Positions 1 to 9,267 of a DNA stretch of 64,000 bases are shown piece by piece. Position 1 is the stretch's first letter, and the number at the start of each line of letters is the position of its first letter. The notes under the pieces are model-generated. The model did not search any database. It saw only the letters and a program-made list of their open reading frames with translations, and was not told where the DNA came from. Both the position numbers and the translations under genes were made by a program. The DNA comes from the human T2T-CHM13v2.0 reference genome, Homo sapiens: NCBI RefSeq assembly GCF_009914755.1, contig NC_060930.1, one strand, 5' to 3'.

Positions 1-394
1 AATGAGGCCATCCGGAGTTTTAGTGATTAAAATGTTTTATTACTTGTATTCACATCATCATTAAGAAAAATAACTTCTAGTGGATCAATATGGCAAATGA
101 GTAAACCAGAAGATGGCGTTGAAGATTAGCAATTACATTTAAAAACAAGGTAGTGGTGTGAAGGCTCAGAGTTTCACACAACGACTGTTGTTCTGAACTA
201 AAAGCAGAGGATGTGGATGAGTGAGGGGAGGGTATGTTGAAAATGACTAAACCCGGTGCAGAGGACACGTATACGAAAGTGCAAAAAGCTCTCATTTGCC
301 ATTTTTTGTCCTCAGCAAACTCCTCTCTGGTATGTTTGTGAACGTTTGAGGGAAAGGTAACACTGATTAAAATATAATGCAACAAGAAGGCAAC

Positions 395-490
395 GATCTT
401 TGCTTTGTTCACTGATGTGTTCCAAGTGCCTAGGACGGTTCCTGACAAGTAGCAGGTGCTCAAAATACATTTGTCAAGTGAATAAATCTG
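395..490 (+). mobile_element. L2 LINE 3' end fragment
   Basis: TTGTTCACTGATGTGTTCCAAGTGCCTAGGACGGTTCCTGACAAGTAGCAGGTGCTCAAAATACATTTG resembles the L2 terminus. Confidence 0.6.
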
Positions 491-1002
491 TGAAAGGAAA
501 GGAAGAAAAACAGGTTGTGACCAGAACTTTTTGTGAACAAAACCCTGTTGTTTATTACATAGACTTTGGTAATGGAAAACTTACTTGGGTGAAATAAAAA
601 ATGGCATCCTGTTAATTTCTGAGAACGTCTGTTGGTTTTAGGAAAAGCATACCTATCCATACCTCACTACCTGTTTTGCTCTAGCCTAAACATAGATTCT
701 TCTTTGGTTAGGAGACATTGACCCAATATATAAGATTAAAACAAAAACTGAGAAATAAGTGAAATCAAAAGCTTTTCAAAAGTTGCAGGTTGACCTACGG
801 TGGTGGTGGTCTAAAATCATATAGAAACCAGAGATCTGATGGTTTACCTGAAAATGCGAAGTAAATGCACATACTCAGCATCTCAGACGATCGAAAGCTC
901 AACGGGTGAAAGCTCAGGGGGTTAATTTTGCGATTAAGGACATCTTGGAAAAGTATGTAAAATCCCTGGTCCACTTAAGTATTATTCCTATTTTGGGCTT
1001 TT

Positions 1003-1259
1003 ATTTATTTATTTTGAGATGGAGTCTTGCTCTGTCGCCCACCTCGGCTCACTGCAACTTCAGCCTCCCGGGTTCAAGCGATTCTCGTGGCTCGTCCTCT
1101 CAAGTAGCTGGGGCCACGCCCGGCTAATTTTTGTATTTTTAGTAGAGATGGGGTTTCACCGTGTTGGCCAGGCTGGTCTCGAACTCCTGACCTCAGGCGA
1201 TCCACCGCCTCGGCCTCCCAAAGTGCTGGGATTACAGGCTTGAGCCACAGCGCCTGGCC
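1003..1259 (-). mobile_element. AluS-like SINE with two short internal deletions
   Basis: Antisense Alu sequence with target-site duplication TATTTTGGGCTTTT at 989-1002 and 1260-1273. Confidence 0.92.
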
Positions 1260-2042
1260 TATTTTGGGCTTTTATACCCCACTGGTAAACTGCTTTCCTC
1301 CAGGTTGAGGTTAAAACGACATCATTTTAAGGTGAACTGAAGTCTGGAAGTGATTAAGCACTTGGATCCTTAGGGAGCCTCTCCCCGCCCCCATCTCTTT
1401 CATGCTAAGATAATTAAAACTTCGGGGCCGGGGCATTGTCTGAGTCACTTCAATTCACCAGCCTAATAGATGCAAAAGGATGTAAGCATGTCAGACACGC
1501 AGAGACAGTATTTGAATCAAGCTTAATAGCTCAAGGGAGCTGGGCCATTTCCTATTTTCTTTTTAGTGAGTGCGATGTTCTCTAAACACCGCGGAGAGGC
1601 AGGGTTCCCGGTGATGGCCTTGCCGAGGGTGCTCCCGCAACCTCCACCTCCAGTTCTCTTTGGACCATTCCTCCGTCTTCCGTTACACGCTCTGCAAAGC
1701 GAAGTCCCCTTCGCACCAGATTCCCGCTACTACACGCCCCCCATTTCCCGCCCTGGCCACATCGCTGCAGTTTAGTGATTGACTGGCCTCCTGAGGTCCT
1801 GGCGCAAAGGCGAGATTCGCATTTCGCACCTCGCCCTTCGCGGGAAACGGCCCCAGTGACAGTCCCCGAAGCGGCGCGCGCCCGGCTGGAGGTGCGCTCT
1901 CCGGGCGCGGCGCGCGGAGGGTCGCCAAGGGCGCGGGAACCCCACCCCGGCCGCGGCAGCCCCCAGCCTTCACGCCGGCCCTGAGGCTCGCCCGCCCGGC
2001 CGGCCCCGGCTCTCGGCTTGCAAAGTCCCTCTCCCCAGTCCA

Positions 2043-2140
2043 ACCCCCGGCCCCCACAGGCCTCGGCGCCCCGCCCCGCCCCAGGCCCCGCCCCAGAGAG
2101 TTCTATAAAGTTCCTCTTTCCCACCTCGCACTCTCAGTTT
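2043..2140 (+). promoter_or_regulatory. IRF4: IRF4 core promoter: GC boxes, TATA box and initiator
   Basis: Tandem CCGCCC boxes at ~2068-2094, TATAAA at 2104-2109 and an Inr-like TCAGTTT about 30 nt downstream. Confidence 0.85.
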
Positions 2141-2193
2141 CACCGCTCGATCTTGGGACCCACCGCTGCCCTCAGCTCCGAGTCCAGGGCGAG
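2136..2193 (+). other. IRF4: IRF4 exon 1 (non-coding 5'UTR)
   Basis: Starts at the Inr and ends at a strong donor, GAG|GTAAGG. Contains no ATG. Confidence 0.88.
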
Positions 2194-3536
2194 GTAAGGG
2201 CTGGAGTCGGGCAGGAGGAGGGGTGTGAGGCTGATACCAGAGAGGACCCGGAGCGCGAACCAGAGGTTCGACCTCCAGGGCAGCGCAGGGTACCCCGGCT
2301 TCGGAGCGGGAAGGGAGCGCGCCCCGTCCTGGAGCTCCGACTCCCACCCCATCTGCGCTGAGCCGGAGGCGCTGGTTTGGGCTCCAAGGCCCGCCTCCTT
2401 GGCTCTGCCCGAGCCTCCCCGCCTGCCCTCCGCGCTCCTGCGACGGGGTCGCCACAAGCTGGACGGGATGAGCTAACCGGACTGTCGGGGCCCCAGGAGT
2501 GGCTGAGGCGGGGCCGTCCAAGGCACCCACACAAGACGGCACAACTGCCTGCGAGAAACAGGCCCGGCCCTGTGGACCCCAATCCGAGGCTCCTTCCCCT
2601 GCTCTTCGTTCCTAAGGGGCCCAAGCTCACGGCGGCCTCCGGCGCGGTGCTCACCCGCTGGCGCAGGAGGAGGAGGAGCTCCACATTTGGGTCGCTCCGA
2701 GCCTTGCGTGCGGTGGCCTAGCCGGCCTGGCGCGGTCCCTGCCTCCCAGGCTCCGCAGCTGTCGTCGCCCTCTCCCGCGCCCTCCCCGCCTCCGCTCTCC
2801 CGGGCCTGCTCCGGGGTCCGGCGGACGCTCTGCGCGCGGAATCCCCCGTACTGGGGCTGCAGCCCCCGCGTCTGCGCCACTTGTCGTTTGCAGAGCCCAC
2901 TTAGTGCGCGCTAGCTGGGCAGGGATAGGGGTCCTATTCGGGGCGAAGGGTCTGGATGCGAGCAGAGAAAGCGGAGGGTGGAGGAACCCGGGGCTGCGCC
3001 CCTGGAACGCCCGGCCGCAGGCGAGGTCCTCCGCGCGTGGAGGCCGCCAGGGGAGTGGAAACTGACAGAGTCGCGGGGAAGGGGCGAGAAGCGGGTTGGG
3101 AGTGAGCGAAGGCAAGCGAGAGCTGCGAGTGAGTGCGGAAGGAGGGCCAGGAGGGGTGGCGGCTGGGTGGGGAGAGAGGGTGCAAGACGAGCGGCGCGTG
3201 TCGGGAGCCTTTGGGCTGCGGGTGCGTTACAGGAGAGCAGGCGGGTAGGAGCCTTCGCGGGGGCCGAGCTCGGAAGGCGGACGGCTGTGCCCGCCCAGGG
3301 GATGCGCCCGGGCCGGCCGCGAAGGTGCCTTCTTCCGGGGGCCCGGACGACCCTGACACGGCACGCGCGCGCTTCGCAGCCTCAAAGACTCCGGGGCCTC
3401 GTGGTCACTGGCGCAGGGGATCGGGGCGGGGTGCCCGGAGTGCGGTGCCTCGTGGCTGAAGGGCAGCTCTTCTCCCCGCAGTGCAGAGCAGAGCGGGCGG
3501 AGGACCCCGGGCGCGGGCGCGGACGGCACGCGGGGC

Positions 3537-3752
3537 ATGAACCTGGAGGGCGGCGGCCGAGGCGGAGAGTTCGGCATGAGCGCGGTGAGCTGCGGCAACG
3601 GGAAGCTCCGCCAGTGGCTGATCGACCAGATCGACAGCGGCAAGTACCCCGGGCTGGTGTGGGAGAACGAGGAGAAGAGCATCTTCCGCATCCCCTGGAA
3701 GCACGCGGGCAAGCAGGACTACAACCGCGAGGAGGACGCCGCGCTCTTCAAG
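3537..3752 (+). CDS. IRF4: IRF4 exon 2 coding part (aa 1-72); exon starts at 3482
   Basis: Acceptor tctccccgcag| ends at 3481, ATG at 3537, translation ends ...DAALFK, donor AAG|GTCTCC. 216 nt. Confidence 0.98.
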
Positions 3753-4049
3753 GTCTCCGGCCTCGGGAGCCGGCGGGGGCGCGCCGGGGAGGGCCCAGAG
3801 ACAGAGCCCGGGGTCCCCGGCGCCGCCTCCGAGGCGAGCCCAGGGGACCGCGCGGGGCGGACGGGCGGGCGGCGGAGGCATCAGGTGGCGTCGCCGGAGC
3901 CGCAGGAGGAGGAAAGGAGGCCTCGGCTCTCAGCGGGACCGCGGGGGCCGGGAGCCGGGTCCTGGGCGCGTGGAGGCTGCAGGGAAACCGCTGAAGGCCC
4001 GGCCGGGCCCGGGGAAGGGCGGCCAAAGGCTTGAGGGGTTTTGCGCGTT

Positions 4050-4430
4050 CGTCCGTGCGTTCTCGTTTCCACGCAAGCCTCCCGCCCTTCCTCCGGGCTC
4101 CCGTCTGCCGCCTCCGTCCGTGGGTCCCCCTCGCCCTCTCCGTGCGTCCGCGCCTGTGCCGGCGGCTGTTTTCGTCTCTCACCGCGTCTCTGTTTCTCTT
4201 TTCGCTGCTTTTCTCTCTGAGTCTCTCTCTCTCCATGTTTTTCCTGAGGTCAGCCTCTCTTCTCGCTCCTGCTAGCTCTCTGCGGGTACTCCCACCTCTG
4301 TCTTTCTCTTTGTGTGTCTCTGTCTCTCTCTTTCCCCCATCGCAGTGGAACTCAGGGCCTCTGTCTAGAGCTGTCTCCCTTGCCCTTTGCGCGAGTGCAC
4401 ACACGTGTGTCGTTGTTACGATTGTTCTCC
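4050..4430. repeat. CT-rich low-complexity tract in intron 2
   Basis: Long pyrimidine-biased run with (TC)n stretches. Confidence 0.75.
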
Positions 4431-4869
4431 CCTAAGGCAGTTTACCCAGAGAACTACGTGTCTGGGCCCAGCCCCCACCTGTGGGCAGAGCAGGGGAAGG
4501 GGACTTCCTCCGGGAATTTGGTCTCAATTTGCTCTCAGAGTGCCTCAGCTGTGCTGCCATCCAGATGTCTCCTGTGGGTGACAGCTCACACCACAGCTGT
4601 CCTTAGTCCTAGGCAAGCTCACTCAGACACTGGGTGGGTAGAGCCCCCTCAAGGAACCTCCGCATCTCACTCTACCGGTTATAAATACCCAGAAAATGTG
4701 TCTTCAACTTGGCAGTGATAGGGTCCAAGATGGAAAATCATTTTCCTAGAGCATAGCTGGGGTCTTTCAGTTTACGTTCTGAGCAACGGTGTAAATCTGA
4801 AGGACCTATGCGCCATTCTTTCTTTTAGAAATACAATTTCAAGATTCCTTATAAAATATCTGTATTTTG

Positions 4870-5148
4870 GGTTTAGCATGGTGGCTCACACCTGTAATCC
4901 CAGCACTTTGGGAAGATGAGGTGGAAGGATGCCTATGCAACATAGTGAGACCCTGCCTCTGCAAAAAATAATAATTAAAAAAATTAGCCAGGCATGGTGG
5001 TGAACACCTGTAGGCCGAGGGCCCAGCTACTCTAGAGGCTGAGATAGGAGGACCCTAGAACTCAGGAGTTCGATGCTGCGGTGAGCTATCATCGTGCCAC
5101 TGTACTCTAGCCTGGGCAGCAGAGCAGGACTCTGATTCCAAAAAGAAA
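4870..5148 (+). mobile_element. Old Alu (AluJ-like) in intron 2
   Basis: GTGGCTCACACCTGTAATCCCAGCACTTTGGG, A-rich linker, diverged right arm. Confidence 0.85.
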
Positions 5149-5204
5149 GCTAATAAACCAGACATGTATTTTGACTTTTCGTTCTCTTCATTCTTTCCCA
5201 CCAG

Positions 5205-5391
5205 GCTTGGGCACTGTTTAAAGGAAAGTTCCGAGAAGGCATCGACAAGCCGGACCCTCCCACCTGGAAGACGCGCCTGCGGTGCGCTTTGAACAAGAGC
5301 AATGACTTTGAGGAACTGGTTGAGCGGAGCCAGCTGGACATCTCAGACCCGTACAAAGTGTACAGGATTGTTCCTGAGGGAGCCAAAAAAG
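5205..5391 (+). CDS. IRF4: IRF4 exon 3 (DNA-binding domain, AWALFKGKF...KTRLRCALNKS...PEGAKK)
   Basis: Acceptor cccaccag| and donor G|GTAGGG. 187 nt. T95, C99, L116 and K123 read as wild type. Confidence 0.98.
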
Positions 5392-5769
5392 GTAGGGGCT
5401 CTCCTGAATTTGGGTCACCTAACAGAGGCAGCCAGATCCTTGAGGCACCTTAACTTCATTCTGAGCATCACTTTCTAGCTTTCCTTTTGTATTGCCTGCC
5501 TGCCTGCCTTCTGCCTCACAGTGAAGCCCAGCCTCCTTGCCTGAGTTATGTGGGTCACAAGTTGAAATTCCTGTGGGGTTCAGCATAGGAGAATTAATCA
5601 CACTGTATGCCTCAATGTATATGGGGGGGGGTGCATTGAATATGTGTTTTCCAGTTAGTCTTTCAAAAAAAAAAAGAAAAAAGAAAACTGGATAACTTGT
5701 TAAAATTTACTTATCTAATAGTCTTTAGTGAGTGACTATTTTGCAGAAAAGGAGTAATGAGAGGAATAT

Positions 5770-5950
5770 CTCATCACTATGCATGGTAATAAAACTGTCA
5801 ACTTTTAAAGTGTAACATGGTCAGCTGAGGTGTTTATTAAAAGTCAGATTCCTGGACCCCTCTTTTCAAGATTCTGACCAGTGTGTCTGGAAGAGAGCTC
5901 AGGAATCTGCATCTGGAACAAATCCTTCAGGTGACCTCACTTGGGAAACA
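5770..5950. mobile_element. MER5A-like hAT DNA transposon fragment
   Basis: AGATTCCTGGACCCC...AGATTCTGA...CAGGAATCTGCAT...CAGGTGA motif pattern. Confidence 0.55.
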
Positions 5951-6230
5951 TCTGGCTGGCGGGGTCCTTTATGTCACAAGGCACATTCGCATGCCATCTG
6001 TCATGTATTTCTTTACCTGTCCTGTACAACTCAGACCTTGTAGAAAAAAATCAGTTTAATAGCATGAAAAAATAACTTCCCAAGGGAGTTGCTGAAAAAT
6101 ACCTTATTTGTCAACACCGTGTTATGCATTCTAAGAATTAAATGCTCAGGTATTTTTACAAGATTTGACATTTAGTTAGGTCAGTTCCTGTTTTTACGTT
6201 GTGCCATTTCCCTTTTCCCCAAACATGTAG

Positions 6231-6319
6231 GAGCCAAGCAGCTCACCCTGGAGGACCCGCAGATGTCCATGAGCCACCCCTACACCATGACAACGCCTTA
6301 CCCTTCGCTCCCAGCCCAG
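6231..6319 (+). CDS. IRF4: IRF4 exon 4
   Basis: Acceptor catgtag|, donor CAG|GTATGG, 89 nt, encodes AKQLTLEDPQMSMSHPYTMTTPYPSLPAQ. Confidence 0.97.
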
Positions 6320-6369
6320 GTATGGTGGAGGGCACTGGGCTCCCTGAGGGCGAGGCTGTGTGGGCCAGC

Positions 6370-6800
6370 TGCCCACATGGCCAGAGAACCACAGCAGCCC
6401 AGACAGCAGAACTTGCCATTTGCTATGGCTGCTCCAACAGCCCAGAAAAACCCCAGGTCACTGAACGAATGTCTCACTTTCCACACGGTGCTGCCATTGG
6501 TGTGGATTTTAAGTTGGGGAGGGTCGGGCGTGTCCGCCTGTTGGAATATGCTTCTCAGGTCTTCTGGGAAACAGATGTTTTGTGGAAGTGGAAGATTTTG
6601 GAAGTAGTGCCTTATCATGTGAAACCACAGGGCAGCTGATCTCTTCAGGCTTTCTTGATGTGAATGACAGCTTTGTTTCATCCACTTTGGTGGGTAAAAG
6701 AAGGCAAATTCCCCTGTGGTACTTTTGGTGCCAGGTTTAGCCATATGACGAAGCTTTACATAAAACAGTACAAGTATCTCCATTGTCCTTTATGATCCTC
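6370..6800. promoter_or_regulatory. IRF4: IRF4 intron 4 melanocyte enhancer (MITF/TFAP2A), containing the rs12203592 position 6705 (C allele)
   Basis: GGTAAAAGAAGG[C]AAATTCCCC lies 386 nt after exon 4 (c.492+386). E/M-boxes: CACATG 6374-6379, TCATGTGA 6615-6622, CATATG 6742-6747. Function is from established literature; boundaries are approximate. Confidence 0.85.
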
Positions 6801-6918
6801 CATGAGTGTTTTCACTTAGTCTGATGAAGGGTTCACTCCAGTCTTTTCGGATGATAAAATGCTTCGGCTGTCAGTCTAATAAGGGATTCCCTGAGGAGTT
6901 TGGAGGCTGTAAGAGCAC

Positions 6919-7438
6919 CCCCCGTCTCAATGCCAGTGCTTCTTATCTCAGCCTCTCCTGCACTCCTTTACCCCCGTCTCGATGCCAGTGCTTCTTATCT
7001 CAGCCTCTCCTGCACTCCTTTACCCCCGTCTCAATGCCAGTGCTTCCTATCTCAGCCTCTCCTGCACTCCTTTAACCCCGTCTCGATGCCAGTGCTTCTT
7101 ATCTCAGCCTCTCCTGCACTCCTTTACCCCCGTCTCAATGCCAGTGCTTCCTATCTCAGCCTCTCCTGCACTCCTTTACCCCCGTCTCAATGCCAGTGCT
7201 TCCTATCTCAGCCTCTCCTGCACTCCTTTACCCCCGTCTCGATGCCAGTGCTTCTTATCTCAGCCTCTCCTGCACTCCTTTACCCCCGTCTCGATGCCAG
7301 TGCTTCTTATCTCAGCCTCTCCTGCACTCCTTTACCCCCGTCTCGATGCCAGTGCTTCCTATCTCAGCCTCTCCTGCACTCCTTTACCCCCGTCTCAATG
7401 CCAGTGCTTCTTATCTCAGCCTCTCCTGCACTCCTTTA
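6919..7438. repeat. 52-bp minisatellite, 10 copies
   Basis: Unit CCCCCGTCTC(A/G)ATGCCAGTGCTTC(T/C)TATCTCAGCCTCTCCTGCACTCCTTTA. Exactly 520 bp. Confidence 0.97.
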
Positions 7439-7439
7439 G

Positions 7440-7584
7440 CAGGTTCACAACTACATGATGCCACCCCTCGACCGAAGCTGGAGGGACTACGTCCCGGATC
7501 AGCCACACCCGGAAATCCCGTACCAATGTCCCATGACGTTTGGACCCCGCGGCCACCACTGGCAAGGCCCAGCTTGTGAAAATG
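7440..7584 (+). CDS. IRF4: IRF4 exon 5 (alternative start 7443 via NAGNAG)
   Basis: Tandem acceptor TAG|CAG|GTT, encodes QVHNYMMPPLDRSWRDY...ACEN, donor G|GTAAGG. 145 nt. Confidence 0.97.
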
Positions 7585-9159
7585 GTAAGGAGGATACCAG
7601 TGCAGGAAATAGAAGAGCTAATTGCTAATGTGGCCATGGGCCATGGCGAATCCTGGTCTGTCCTGGGCAGCACCAAAGCTCTTTCCCCTTCTTAGAGGCT
7701 GCGTGTGCAGCTCGGGGAGAGGGGGGTTTTCTCACTCCTGTGGGATGGTGGCATCCCACAGCCAAGTTTACTCTCAGGATCCATGCTAGGCACTGCCCTT
7801 CGTGGGATCTTATTTAAACACCACAGAGATCACTCCAGGCAGTGGAAAACAGCCCCCCACTTTTTATATAGAGAGGAGATTGTGGAAGCTCATAAATAAT
7901 AAGTAGGGATGCTGGGAGATTATTGAGCTGGTATATTTCTCTCGAATAGTGGTGTGTTCATTGTTGCTATTGTTGGAATTAGAGGTGATACTAAAAAAGG
8001 AACGGAAAAATACCATGGCAAACACATAAAACGTCTCTACAGGTGCCTACCTACCACTGGGTCCCAGAAAGACTTGCTGATTGTGGATTAGATGTGGTCC
8101 CCTGCCCTCGGGAGTTCCCCAGACATCAAAATGAGCTCCCTCAGCAGAAGCTCTCATTAGCTGGGTGCAGGGAGAATCTAGCAATGCGGTAACTCAGGCC
8201 TTCAGGACTTTTGAGTTAGTTACTTAAATGGAAGTCCTGAGACAGGTCAACACACTGAACCCTTTGGATGTTTTAGGAATATTTGTTCCTTTGCAATTTG
8301 GCCTTTTTTTCCCCAGTCATGTTCAGGTTATCCTTGGCTGCAGGTAGTGAAGAGGTGTACCACTCTTTAATGTTTGTACTGAGTGGCATGTTCACAAAAA
8401 AGCTCAGAATTCAGTTGCATTGGCTTTTCAAGAGGGATTTGCAGCAAGGGCTGGTTTCCAATATGGTAGTGGAGGAATTGGCTAACATAAAACTAGCTCC
8501 TGAAATTCAGACTTGCGTTTACTGCTCTGGCTCTATGGAATTAGTAACCATGGGAAAGAGGCAATGCTTAGAACTGTGTAAAGTGATGGAGTAGGTAGAG
8601 ACCTGTCTTGAAGCATCGGTAACAGTAAATGAAGCAGCAGCAAGATCAGGTGTTCTGTGCCACATTCTTTTTCCATTCATGTTTCATACAACATTGTCTT
8701 CAGGAACATGGTTCAGTGTTCTCCCAACCCACAAGAGACAAGCAAAATAAAAATGGACTAAATAATTTGCTAGTTTTTAATTGGGCTCTTTGGCACAGAC
8801 TCAAGTAGACCTGAACTCTCAGCTCTGTTGTGAACCCGCTTTGTGAACAAGGACAAAGCATGTCATCTGTCTCTGAGCCTCAGTCTCCCTGTTAGTCAGT
8901 TACAGAGAGAGCGCTCCAAGTTTCCTTCCAAAGCTGTGCACTGGCTCGTTTCTCCATCAGCTTTGGTTTTCCAGTTGGTCTCCAGCTCATCTTTGCCTCA
9001 CAAGAGCGTGCCCTGCTAGTTGCTGGTGCTGGGAGTGGGTGGGAAGGTGATTGGGCGCCAGCCCCTTCCTTCCCAGGCTTCACACACACACCCCAGGAAG
9101 CCCCGCGGTGCGTCGGACTCTCTGTCTAGACATCATCTGATTTTTATTTGCAAATGCAG

Positions 9160-9267
9160 GTTGCCAGGTGACAGGAACCTTTTATGCTTGTGCCCCACCT
9201 GAGTCCCAGGCTCCCGGAGTCCCCACAGAGCCAAGCATAAGGTCTGCCGAAGCCTTGGCGTTCTCAG
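9160..9267 (+). CDS. IRF4: IRF4 exon 6
   Basis: Acceptor atgcag|, encodes CQVTGTFYACAPPESQAPGVPTEPSIRSAEALAFS, donor G|GTGAGT. 108 nt. Confidence 0.97.

Larger units (their letters stand above)
1590..4180. promoter_or_regulatory. IRF4: CpG island spanning IRF4 promoter, exon 1, intron 1 and exon 2
   Basis: Very high GC and dense CpG content. Boundaries estimated by eye. Confidence 0.9.

Noticed and set aside
2978-3994. 338-aa ORF overlapping exon 2 in another frame, plus the many ORFs in 1582-4435
   Set aside because: GTG start inside intron 1; stop codons are depleted in CpG-island DNA; no domain similarity.
4679-4690. TATAAATA in intron 2 as an internal promoter
   Set aside because: Isolated motif with no other support visible in the sequence.
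5205-5391. Known IRF4 hotspot mutations (T95R, C99R, L116R, K123R; K59R in exon 2)
   Set aside because: All of these codons read as wild type in this sequence.
6806-7579. Repetitive ORFs, and a superficial CRISPR-like look of the 52-bp array
   Set aside because: Head-to-tail repeats with no unique spacers, inside a human intron. The ORFs are translations of the repeat.
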